Below are positions 17,752 through 26,801 of a DNA stretch of 32,000 nucleotides, one piece after another (positions within the stretch are counted from its first letter, which is position 1; each line of letters begins with the position of its first letter). Position numbers and translations under genes: made by a program. Source of the stretch: an uncultured archaeon (lineage in GTDB: Archaea > Asgardarchaeota > Jordiarchaeia > Jordiarchaeales > Jordiarchaeaceae). Under the pieces are notes generated by a model, which made no database searches, was not told the DNA's origin, and saw nothing but the letters and a program-made list of their open reading frames with translations. The stretch lies in contig CAZECW010000075.1 of NCBI GenBank assembly GCA_964510585.1, positions 2,696 to 34,695 of the forward strand, written 5' to 3'.

Positions 17752-18840
17752 TTAATGGATTCTTTGTTTTTCATATTCTATGATTACGTCTCGGGCTTTT
17801 TCAACGGGTATTTCTTCTTTTACCCTAATCATGGTTATTGCTTCCTTTGGGCATTTGCTGGAACATAGGCCGCATCCGATGCATCTTTCTTCCTCAATTT
17901 TTATCAGGTTATCTGTTAAATCATCATTGTGGGGGTAGTGGTGGTATATTGCTCCCATTGGACATATCTTGATACAGGATTCGCATAGTGTGCATTTTTC
18001 TTTGTTGATTTGGGGTTGGAAGTTTGATTTGGTTAGGGTTCTGGGATTGTTCAGTTCCGTGAGTCCTCTTAGGAAGCCGCAGCAGCAGGGGCAGCAGTTG
18101 CATATGAAGTTTGGTTTCTGCTGTTGATTATTGGTTATGTGTACCAGTCCTGCTTCTTCTGCTTTTTTGAGTATTTCGAGGGCTTCCTCGTAGCTTACGT
18201 ATCTTGCTCCTCGGTGCTTCACCAAGTAGTCTGCGGTGGAGTCGAAGTTCATGCAAACCTCTAGTGGTTTTTCGCAATGGTCAAAGGTTGATCGGCAGAC
18301 ACAGTTGATTACTGCTATGCTGCGGGCGTCTTTGATGTATTGGCTTACCCTCTCGAAAGTTAAAATTTCTGCTTTGGTGTCTAGTTTTTGCTCTACTGGT
18401 ATGACTCTTATGAAGGGGTAATTGGAGGCCCCCAGTTCCATTCCCCAGTACTTGTAGATTTTGTTAAATATTCTCCTTACTTCTCTTCGCTCGTCAGTTG
18501 GTTCTCCTTCCATGAACCATTCGAAAACTCCAGGCACGAAGGGCATCATTGCATAGTACAATTTTTTATCGCTTTTACCTTCAAACTCAAAAATCAGGCC
18601 TTTTTTAGCCGCATCCTCAATAGCTACTTTGATTTCCTCCTTGTCTCGGCCTAGTTTCTCCGCTATTTGTTCCACGGTTTTGGGCTCTATAAATGGTCCG
18701 TCAAAAGCGGAGGAAACTAGTTCTGCTTCTTCGGGTTTAAACATTATTTTGAGTACTCTCAGAGTGTCTTTAGATTTTGGAATTTTAAGAGGCCATTTGT
18801 TTAATTTATTAAATAATTGGTCATAAACTTCATCGCTCAT
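17752..18840 (-). CDS. 4Fe-4S dicluster protein with N-terminal wHTH-like region and Cys-rich middle domain
   Basis: CVCR, CNCCPCCCG, and two CxxCxxCxxxCP motifs (CTLCESCIKICP, CIGCGLCSSKCP). Confidence 0.88.
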   Translation of the reverse strand: MSDEVYDQLFNKLNKWPLKIPKSKDTLRVLKIMFKPEEAELVSSAFDGPFIEPKTVEQIAEKLGRDKEEIKVAIEDAAKKGLIFEFEGKSDKKLYYAMMPFVPGVFEWFMEGEPTDERREVRRIFNKIYKYWGMELGASNYPFIRVIPVEQKLDTKAEILTFERVSQYIKDARSIAVINCVCRSTFDHCEKPLEVCMNFDSTADYLVKHRGARYVSYEEALEILKKAEEAGLVHITNNQQQKPNFICNCCPCCCGFLRGLTELNNPRTLTKSNFQPQINKEKCTLCESCIKICPMGAIYHHYPHNDDLTDNLIKIEEERCIGCGLCSSKCPKEAITMIRVKEEIPVEKARDVIIEYEKQRIH

Positions 18841-19028
18841 AGAAGGTTCGCCTCGGCAAGCTATCTTGAACAGGAGTGTAAGGGAGTTATAAGGTTGAGT
18901 GCTTTATATCTTTCTCCGCTGTGACAGTATTAATTATTTTTGAATTGTATTTTTTAAAAAAATTTTATATAGATGGTTAAAATAATTAACAAGTCATATA
19001 TCTTCTGAAAGTGAAGGAAGGTTGTGGT

Positions 19029-19108
19029 ATGAGTATTGACTTGGGAAATAACCGTCTAAATGTTGGCAACCAGTTGGTTAGAGCAGCTTGGAGGTATCCA
19101 GACAAGGA
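19029..19108 (+). repeat. 80-nt direct repeat, copy 1 (79/80 identical to 22140-22219)
   Basis: Direct comparison shows a single C/T difference at nt 12. Confidence 0.9.
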
Positions 19109-20570
19109 AGCGGTGGTCTGCAAGGGCAAAAGGTTAACCTTTAAGGAGTTGAATTCTAGAGCTAATAGTTTGGCTCATGGAATCATGGATCTGGGTTTAA
19201 AAAAGGGAGACTTTGTTTCTGCTTTAATGATGAATTGTACCGAGTATGTTGAGACTTATTTCGCGTTGGCAAAGATGGGAGCAATTATCGCTCCATTGAA
19301 CTATAGGTTGACCCCCAATGAGCTTGTTCAACTCATCAATCAGTGTGAAGCTAGAGCAATAATTTTCGGTCAAGAGTTCAAAGATTTGGTTAAAAATTTG
19401 CGCCCACATATTGGAACCGTGAAGCATTATATCTGCGTTGGAGAAGAAGTGGTTCAAGACGTTATTCCATATGAGGACTTAGCTACTGGTTACTCTACAG
19501 GTGAGCCGAATGTTGATGTTTTTCAAGACGACGGTCAATTTATGAATACTACTTCTGGTACCACGGGTTTACCCAAGGCGTCCATAATGTCGCATTTTAA
19601 CAATCTCGCAGTGGTTATGCAGATTTCACTTGAAATTGGGTTAACATCGGACAAGGTTTTCATGACCGTTCTTCCACTATTCAACAGAGTTGGGTGGACC
19701 ACAACTCTTACCGCAGTTAGCTGCGGATGTAAGAATGTTATCACAGAGATTGACCCCAAAGCAATACTAGAGGCAATCCAAGAAGAGAAAGTGAACATGG
19801 TGAACTTTGTACCCGTGATAACGAATCTTTTAATGCTTGTTCCCGAATTTGAAAAATATGACACCAGTTCCATGGAGCTCATCATATATGCGGGAATGCC
19901 CCTAACTTCCGAAACCCGAGAGGCAACCTACAAGTACTTTGCACCCAAAATCTCTGAGTATTACGGCTCCACAGAAACTTCCCTAATAACATATTGTAAT
20001 CCTGAAGTAAAGAGAAGGAAACCAACCTCTCTGGGAACTCCAGTATTTGGAGTGGAATTAAGACTAGTTGATGAAAAGGATCAAGATGTACCCCTAGGGG
20101 AAATAGGAGAAATTATTATAAGGTCTCCCGCTCTAAACGCCAACTATTTCAATAATCCCGAAAAAGCGAAAAAAGACATGCGTGGCGGATGGTTCCACAC
20201 CGGTGATTTGGGAAGATTCGACGAAGAACGACATCTATACGTTGTGGGCAGAGTTGAGGACATGATTATTAGTGGAGTTGACAAAATTTTCGCCCCAGAA
20301 GTGGAAGAGGTGATACAGAAACACCCTAAAGTCGGGCAGTGCGCAGTAATCGGATTACCAGATAAATCCCTAGGCAAAGTGGTTACCGCTGTAGTAACCC
20401 CCAAGCCGGGAGAAAATGTGGATGAGAGAGAAATTATAGAGTTTTGTAAGGGTAAAATAGCAGATTTCAAAATACCGAAAAAGGTGAAAACAATAGAAGC
20501 TATTCCAAGAACCCCCACCGGGAAAGCCATAAAGTTCCAACTGGTGAAGAGATTTTCGGAACAAGAGTGA
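19029..20570 (+). CDS. AMP-dependent acyl/aryl-CoA ligase, paralog 1
   Basis: TSGTTGLPK, YYGSTE, FHTGDLG, GR.ED, PRTPTGK; ATG 19029 chosen by alignment to paralog 2. Confidence 0.92.
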   Translation: MSIDLGNNRLNVGNQLVRAAWRYPDKEAVVCKGKRLTFKELNSRANSLAHGIMDLGLKKGDFVSALMMNCTEYVETYFALAKMGAIIAPLNYRLTPNELVQLINQCEARAIIFGQEFKDLVKNLRPHIGTVKHYICVGEEVVQDVIPYEDLATGYSTGEPNVDVFQDDGQFMNTTSGTTGLPKASIMSHFNNLAVVMQISLEIGLTSDKVFMTVLPLFNRVGWTTTLTAVSCGCKNVITEIDPKAILEAIQEEKVNMVNFVPVITNLLMLVPEFEKYDTSSMELIIYAGMPLTSETREATYKYFAPKISEYYGSTETSLITYCNPEVKRRKPTSLGTPVFGVELRLVDEKDQDVPLGEIGEIIIRSPALNANYFNNPEKAKKDMRGGWFHTGDLGRFDEERHLYVVGRVEDMIISGVDKIFAPEVEEVIQKHPKVGQCAVIGLPDKSLGKVVTAVVTPKPGENVDEREIIEFCKGKIADFKIPKKVKTIEAIPRTPTGKAIKFQLVKRFSEQE

Positions 20571-20706
20571 TATAGAATAAGATAAGGTTAAAGATAAGTC
20601 AAATTTCTAATTTGTATAAAGGATTCTTCTTTTTTACTTATAACTTTTGTTGAAGTAAATATTTTTTAGATACCAAAAAATAAAGATGGGAAAGAGGTGA
20701 CTGAAT

Positions 20707-21414
20707 ATGAGAATAAAAATTATTAACCCAAATACGCATTTGGAGGGAACAAAACGCATAGAAAGAGTGGCTAAAGCACATGCCAGAGCAGACACGGAGG
20801 TTATAGCGGTTAGTCCCAAAAAAGGACCGGACGCTATTGAAGGTTCTTACGATGAAGCCTTGGCAGTACCTGGAGTCCTAGAAGAAATAAAGAGGGGGAT
20901 AGAGGATGGCTACGATGGCTTCATAATTGCATGCTTTTTGGATACAGGTCTTTATGCTGCTAGAGAACTGACTGATAAACCAGTTATAGGAATTGGTGAG
21001 GCCTCTATGCACATGGCCTGTATGCTGGGACGCAGATTCTCTATGCTCTTGCCTGCACCGAGATGGGATATAACCTATGTTTTGGCAGAGTTTGTCCGGA
21101 GATACGGTTTAGAGAATAGGTTCGCATCGGCCAGAGGTATAGGATTGGGGGTATTAGACATCGATAAAGACATAGGTAAAACCCTAGAGATTCTCAAAGA
21201 GGAGGGAACTAAAGCCATTCTACAGGACGGTGCAGAGGTTATTTTGCTTGGCTGCGCAGGATTTGCGGAACTAGACAAGAAGCTTGAGAAAGAATTGGGA
21301 GTTCCAGTAATAGATCCCGTTATTGCAGCGTTAAAATTCATGGAAGCAATACTGGACTACGGCAAAAAAACGAGTAAAATCTCCTTCAGGCTGCCAGAGA
21401 GACTGAGAAAATAA
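20707..21414 (+). CDS. Asp/Glu/hydantoin racemase family protein (hydantoin/allantoin racemase-like)
   Basis: IINPNT, IACF.D.G, PVIGIGEAS, LGCAG, GVPVIDPV; two catalytic Cys; GAGGTGA SD. Confidence 0.9.
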   Translation: MRIKIINPNTHLEGTKRIERVAKAHARADTEVIAVSPKKGPDAIEGSYDEALAVPGVLEEIKRGIEDGYDGFIIACFLDTGLYAARELTDKPVIGIGEASMHMACMLGRRFSMLLPAPRWDITYVLAEFVRRYGLENRFASARGIGLGVLDIDKDIGKTLEILKEEGTKAILQDGAEVILLGCAGFAELDKKLEKELGVPVIDPVIAALKFMEAILDYGKKTSKISFRLPERLRK

Positions 21415-22139
21415 GTCAATGAATCGAGATAATCAAAAACCATATCTATAAAAAGTAGTAAGATACTATGAAACTGCAGTTGGTGTTTCCTTTATTTATT
21501 GGGATAGAACCACTTTTCCTTCAATGTCCTTTTTTTCCGTTCTCAAATATTTTGAATTATTTAAATTTTATACGATCCTCAGCATCAAAAATTCTCGGAA
21601 GAATTTAAATATAAGTGATTCTTGTCAATTTACAAAAAACTGTTTATCTTAACTCTCAGGTATAGAGAGATAAGGTTGTTGGGTGAAGAGAGATCCTTCA
21701 GTATTTTAGCATTTGTTAAAAAGTGTTCGAAGAACATCGGGGAATTTGAGTCCTCCAGACTTGATTTGATGTGTATGAAGCTAGCTGGGAATTTTAATCT
21801 GAGGAAGTTGATGAAATAATTTCTTAATTATTGGGAAAGGGCATACTTTTTTAGAAACCTAATAGGGTGAACTCCAACGTAGATACGGAAGGGTACTCTG
21901 CTTTTTTCGATTTATGGTGCTAAAACCACTTTTTGGAATTGGTTAGCATACATAATATTTTATAGCTATACAGGAAATCGTTCTTGAAGCCTGTATCATA
22001 CTGTTTATTGTTTTTTATTAATGGTTTATATAAAAATTCAGAATATTATTGAAGAATGGGAAATATTTAAAACGTGTACATATTAAAATAAGAAACTTAA
22101 ATAGCTAATTTTTGGAAGGAAGAGCGTGGAGGATATACT

Positions 22140-22219
22140 ATGAGTATTGATTTGGGAAATAACCGTCTAAATGTTGGCAACCAGTTGGTTAGAGCAGCTT
22201 GGAGGTATCCAGACAAGGA
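22140..22219 (+). repeat. 80-nt direct repeat, copy 2
   Basis: Matches 19029-19108. Confidence 0.9.
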
Positions 22220-23675
22220 GGCTATAGTTTGTAAGGGTAAGCGTGTTACCTTCAAGGAGCTTAACAGACGAGCTAACAGTTTAGCCCACGGATTGATGGG
22301 TCTTGGAATTAGGAAGGGAGACTTTGTCGCAATAATTCTTATGAACTGTGTGGAATTTGTCGAAACTTACTTCGCTTTAGCAAAGATTGGAGCAATTGCC
22401 GCCCCACAAAACTATAGGCTCACCCCGAACGATATTGAACAACTTATTAATCAGTGCGAAGCAAAAGCACTAATTTACGGTAGTGAGTTTAAGGATTTAG
22501 TCAAAAATTTGCGTTCAAAATTGAAGTCAGTTAAAAACTACATATACGTTGGAGGGGGAGAGTTCGAAGACGCTATCCCCTACGAAGAATTGGCGACAGC
22601 GCATTCAACTGAGGAGCCGAAGGTTGACATTTTCCAAGATGACGGCCAATACATGAATTATACTTCAGGCACTACTGGGTTGCCGAAGGCTTCGATAATG
22701 ACTCATTATAATAATCTTATGGCGGTATCGCAGATAGCTATGGAGGTAGGATTTGACTCAAGCTGGGTCATAATGACAGTATTTCCACTGTTTCACCGGG
22801 TAGGATGGGTAACTGTATTGGCGGGGGTTACATTGTGTTGTAAAAATGTTATAACGGAAATAGATCCAAAGAGTATACTTGAAAACATTGAGAGGGAAAA
22901 GGTCAACTTCGTCAATTTTGTTCCAGTAATAACGAATCTTCTTATGATGGTACCCGACTTTGACAAGTATGATATGAGTTCACTTAGAACAATTGTGTAC
23001 GCAGCAGCTCCGCTAACTACTGAGGTGAGGGAAGCTACTCAAAAATATTTCACAAAGAACATAGCAGAGTATTATGGAAATACCGAGAGTTCTATTCTGG
23101 TTTATTGTAACCCGGAGATGAAAAGAACTCACCCCACATCTGTGGGCACACCTGCATTCGGAGTTGAGCTACGATTAGTTGACGAGAATGATAAAGATGT
23201 GCCAATAGGAGAGATCGGTGAGATTGTCTGTAGGTCTCCAGCATTGAATGCTAACTACTTTAAGAACCCTGAGAAAACAAAACAGGCGATGCGAAACGGT
23301 TGGTTCCATATGGGAGACCTTGGCAGATTCGATGAGGATGGACACTTGTACATTGTAGGAAGGGTGGAGGATCTAATCATTAGCGGTACAGACAGAATTT
23401 TTGCACCAGAAGTGGAAGACCTACTTAGACAGAATCCTAAAGTTCAAGACTGCGCAGTTATAGGGTTACCAGATAAAGTATTGGGCAAAAAGGTCACCGC
23501 AATAATAACACCCAAACCGGGAACACAAGTAAATGAAAAGGAGTTGATAGAATACTGCAAAGGTAAAATCGCCGATTTCAAAATACCTAAGAAGATAATA
23601 ATAAGTGAGATGATACCAAGAACTGCTACTGGAAAAATTCTAAAATACCAGCTTGTGGAAAAATATTCCCATTAA
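22140..23675 (+). CDS. AMP-dependent acyl/aryl-CoA ligase, paralog 2
   Basis: YTSGTTGLPK, YYGNTE, FHMGDLG, PRTATGK; colinear with 19029..20570. Confidence 0.92.
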   Translation: MSIDLGNNRLNVGNQLVRAAWRYPDKEAIVCKGKRVTFKELNRRANSLAHGLMGLGIRKGDFVAIILMNCVEFVETYFALAKIGAIAAPQNYRLTPNDIEQLINQCEAKALIYGSEFKDLVKNLRSKLKSVKNYIYVGGGEFEDAIPYEELATAHSTEEPKVDIFQDDGQYMNYTSGTTGLPKASIMTHYNNLMAVSQIAMEVGFDSSWVIMTVFPLFHRVGWVTVLAGVTLCCKNVITEIDPKSILENIEREKVNFVNFVPVITNLLMMVPDFDKYDMSSLRTIVYAAAPLTTEVREATQKYFTKNIAEYYGNTESSILVYCNPEMKRTHPTSVGTPAFGVELRLVDENDKDVPIGEIGEIVCRSPALNANYFKNPEKTKQAMRNGWFHMGDLGRFDEDGHLYIVGRVEDLIISGTDRIFAPEVEDLLRQNPKVQDCAVIGLPDKVLGKKVTAIITPKPGTQVNEKELIEYCKGKIADFKIPKKIIISEMIPRTATGKILKYQLVEKYSH

Positions 23676-23841
23676 TCTTTCCTTTTTCTTTTATTGCGAA
23701 TTTCTCTCTTGGTAACTTTTCCTTGGGGATGTAGTAAGAAATAAATGCTTTGAATCTTATTGGAATTTGAGATAGTGATAAAGCCTTTGGTATAGATCTT
23801 CCCCAAAGCCATTGGTCCTTAGTTAAATTATTAATTCCCAT

Positions 23842-25212
23842 ATGGATGGAGGATGGTTGGATAAACAGTTATCTAAAAAATTTGTGAAGCAGGTTAAAAA
23901 AAGGATTCCATGGATTGACCATTTGATTGAGGATTATTCTACTGCTTTGGAGTTTAACCCGGAACTCATAGATTATTCTGTGCCTAAGCAGTCTGTCTGT
24001 CTTCTGTGTAGGGGTACAAGGATGTTGTGTGGAAAAAAGAAGTGTCCTCTGCTTGAGCGTTTTTATAGTTATGTTAGGGTGTCGAGGAGTTTTGATGGAA
24101 CTCAGCTGGTTGGTGATTCTCCGCCGAGTGCCTTTGTGGGTAGAAAGGGGTATCCTTATGTTTATGCTGGTCCGATGGTTCCTCCGGAGAGGGGTGACAC
24201 CAGTATTTATGATGTTCCTGAGTTATGGTATGGGAAGGATGTGGAGGAGATAATTGGTTTTAGATGCAAACTGGTGCGGGGTATGTTTATCACAGATGTT
24301 AGGGATGCCAACTCGGATAACAAGTTGCTTAGGGATACCAGGGAACTGGCTCTTGCTGGTGAGCCTGTGGACGCTGAGGTTATATTGAAGAAGAAGCCTA
24401 AGCATCGCCTTTTGCTATCTAGTGAGGTGCAGCCTATGGGCCCCTCCGCGCCCCTTGAGAACATTAACATTGGGTCGTTGAAGGTGCCAAAAATTGTGGA
24501 TAAGGTGTATTTTGACACTGATCTTAAAGCCCTTGATGGGATGTTGATGCTCTACGAGAATGGTTTGCCTGTTACCAGGATACAGCGGATTTTGAGTGTT
24601 GGCGCTATGGGAATTAAAGATAATAGGAAATTGGTGCCCACCAGGTGGAGTATTACTGCTGTGGATAGCAATATCTCCAAATTTTTGAGGGAAAACGTGA
24701 AGGATTTCCCATTGATTAATGATTATTTGGTGTATGAGGCGGATTATCTTGATAACAGGTTTGTTGTTCTTATGATGCCGAGGCCTTGGAGCTACGAGTT
24801 GATAGAGGCATGGTTTCCGGGCACTTTGTGGAACCCTGATAGGGAGCATGTGGGTATGGCTGCGGATTGGGAGCCATATTGGGGTAGAACTACTTATGCC
24901 AGTATTGGGGGATGCTACTACGCTGCTAGACTTGCGGTTACGGAGCATCTTCTTCGGGAGAGGAGGCAGGCATCTGTAGTTATTTTCCGAGAAACGCTTC
25001 CTGGAAATTTGATGCCTCTGGGGGTGTGGCTGGTTAGGGAATGTGTGAGGGATGCTTTAAGAAGGGAACCGGTTAAGTTTCAAACATTGGAGGACGCTCT
25101 TCAACATGTTAAAACTCGGCTTCGCATTGGTATGAAACATTGGTTGCAGGTGAGTGGGGTATTGTCTGAAGTTAGGAAGCAGCGTTTATTAACTGAGTTT
25201 TTAGGGTTTTAA
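23842..25212 (+). CDS. nreA: Nre-family DNA repair protein (PCNA-interacting)
   Basis: CxxCRG...LCG...CP, SPPS.FVG..GYP, LVPTRWSITAVD, GGCYYAARL, GVW.VRE; C-terminal PIP box QRLLTEFL. Confidence 0.9.
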   Translation: MDGGWLDKQLSKKFVKQVKKRIPWIDHLIEDYSTALEFNPELIDYSVPKQSVCLLCRGTRMLCGKKKCPLLERFYSYVRVSRSFDGTQLVGDSPPSAFVGRKGYPYVYAGPMVPPERGDTSIYDVPELWYGKDVEEIIGFRCKLVRGMFITDVRDANSDNKLLRDTRELALAGEPVDAEVILKKKPKHRLLLSSEVQPMGPSAPLENINIGSLKVPKIVDKVYFDTDLKALDGMLMLYENGLPVTRIQRILSVGAMGIKDNRKLVPTRWSITAVDSNISKFLRENVKDFPLINDYLVYEADYLDNRFVVLMMPRPWSYELIEAWFPGTLWNPDREHVGMAADWEPYWGRTTYASIGGCYYAARLAVTEHLLRERRQASVVIFRETLPGNLMPLGVWLVRECVRDALRREPVKFQTLEDALQHVKTRLRIGMKHWLQVSGVLSEVRKQRLLTEFLGF

Positions 25213-25214
25213 CC

Positions 25215-26024
25215 TTGATTGAGGAAGTTAAAGAAGTTTTTTGTAAGGGAATTTTGAGTAGGAGCGGAATAGGTGGTGTAGACTATTCCATTAATCCTTA
25301 TACTGGCTGTTCTCATGGCTGTGCATACTGCTATGCCCGCTTCATGTTGAGGTATGCTAAGACTAGGCAGCCCTGGGGAAAATTTGTCCACGTAAAAATT
25401 AATGCCCCCACGGTATTAATGAAGGAAATTAAGGGTAACATGTGGGGGACGATTCTTTTAAGTAGTGTTTGTGACCCTTATCAGGAGCTGGAGAAAAAAT
25501 ATGAGATTACTAGGAAAATTTTGCAGGTAATTTCCAAGCATAACAATTTTAAAGTTGACATTTTAACCAAGTCAGATCTAATAGTGAGGGATTTGGACAT
25601 AATAAAGAAAATAAAAAATGTTGAGGTGGGGTTCTCCATCTCTCATTTCGATGAGGAGTTTAGGAGAATATTTGAGCCCGGAGCGCCCAGTGTTGAAAAA
25701 AGATTCCATGCCTTAGAAACCCTAAACAAAAGTGGGGTTGACACGTATGTTTTTGTTGCGCCAGTCATTCCACTAATCACTGAGAGGCACATGGAAAGTA
25801 TACTGGAGAGCGCTGAGCGCTGCCATGCGAGGTACCTGTTTTTCGACACACTAAATATCAAGTGCGGGAACTGGAAACCCATTACCGCAGCAATGGAGAA
25901 ATATGAACCAAAGATTCTTCCACGCTTTATAGAAGTGATGGAAAAACCAGAAGGATACTACTCACAATTCAAAGAAAGAATCTTAAATATGTGCAATAAC
26001 TTACCCTGCAGTTTTACATTCTAA
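25215..26024 (+). CDS. SplB/Rv2578c-like radical SAM protein
   Basis: NPYTGCSHGCAYCYA (CxxxCxxC), SS.CDPYQ..E, LTKS.L..RD, FEPGAP...R; starts 2 nt after the Nre stop. Confidence 0.88.
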   Translation: MIEEVKEVFCKGILSRSGIGGVDYSINPYTGCSHGCAYCYARFMLRYAKTRQPWGKFVHVKINAPTVLMKEIKGNMWGTILLSSVCDPYQELEKKYEITRKILQVISKHNNFKVDILTKSDLIVRDLDIIKKIKNVEVGFSISHFDEEFRRIFEPGAPSVEKRFHALETLNKSGVDTYVFVAPVIPLITERHMESILESAERCHARYLFFDTLNIKCGNWKPITAAMEKYEPKILPRFIEVMEKPEGYYSQFKERILNMCNNLPCSFTF

Positions 26025-26416
26025 AATTTTTAAGACGTTTACCCTCCAGAAGCCGATAGGACTACAATATACATTTGCCTTTTTACTCCCCCCTCCAATA
26101 GTAAAAACAAAATCTGATTCCCAAAATCCGCTTTTTGTGCAGAGTGCGAGTTTAAGCTTCTAAAACTTTATTAAGTTTTTCGGAAGTGCCATAAGGAATT
26201 ATTCTAAATGCTGTCATTCAAATTTTCTCTGTCTTGTCACAATCCTATCCACTTATTATGAAGTGAACGACCTCTCTTATGTCTTTAATAACTATTTACT
26301 CTCTTTTTTCCGAAGTGTTATCTGAAGATGCTGGAATATTTATTTAAAAAGGGTTATGTACCTTTTTAATCATATGAGGTATATAGGTTTAGTCTTAATT
26401 GTGGTGTGTATTTGTT

Positions 26417-26767
26417 ATGCTTAAAAAGAACTATCGTGATGTTGCGGAAGAGAATGTTACAGTGGCAGGTTCCACGGGGACAACCATACGTTGGCTTATC
26501 ACTGAGAAGGATGGAGCCTTAAGATACGCTATGCGGCGCTTCGAAATCAAGCCTGGAGGGCATATAGGGCTGCATAACCATCCGGAGGAACATGAGATTT
26601 ATGTATTGTCGGGAAAAGCTAGAATTTTTAATGATAAGGGTGAAGAGTTCATAGCCGGCCCAGGGGATGTTCTATTTGTTCCGCCAAACGAGAAACATGG
26701 ATATGAGAATCTGGGTGGAGAAATTTTCGCCTTCCTATGCATTATTCCCATATTAGAAAAAAAGTGA
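26417..26767 (+). CDS. Cupin domain protein
   Basis: PGGHIGLHNHPEEHEIYVLSG...PGDVLFVPPNEKHGY; ATG 26417 preferred. Confidence 0.9.
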   Translation: MLKKNYRDVAEENVTVAGSTGTTIRWLITEKDGALRYAMRRFEIKPGGHIGLHNHPEEHEIYVLSGKARIFNDKGEEFIAGPGDVLFVPPNEKHGYENLGGEIFAFLCIIPILEKK

Positions 26768-26801
26768 AGTTGTTATTTCCCAATTCTGTTCTGAACCAGT
26801 T

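Noticed and set aside
21622..21890. 65-aa ORF and a possible wHTH remnant (SEEVDEIIS*LLGKGILF)
   Set aside because: Similarity too short and interrupted to support a call.
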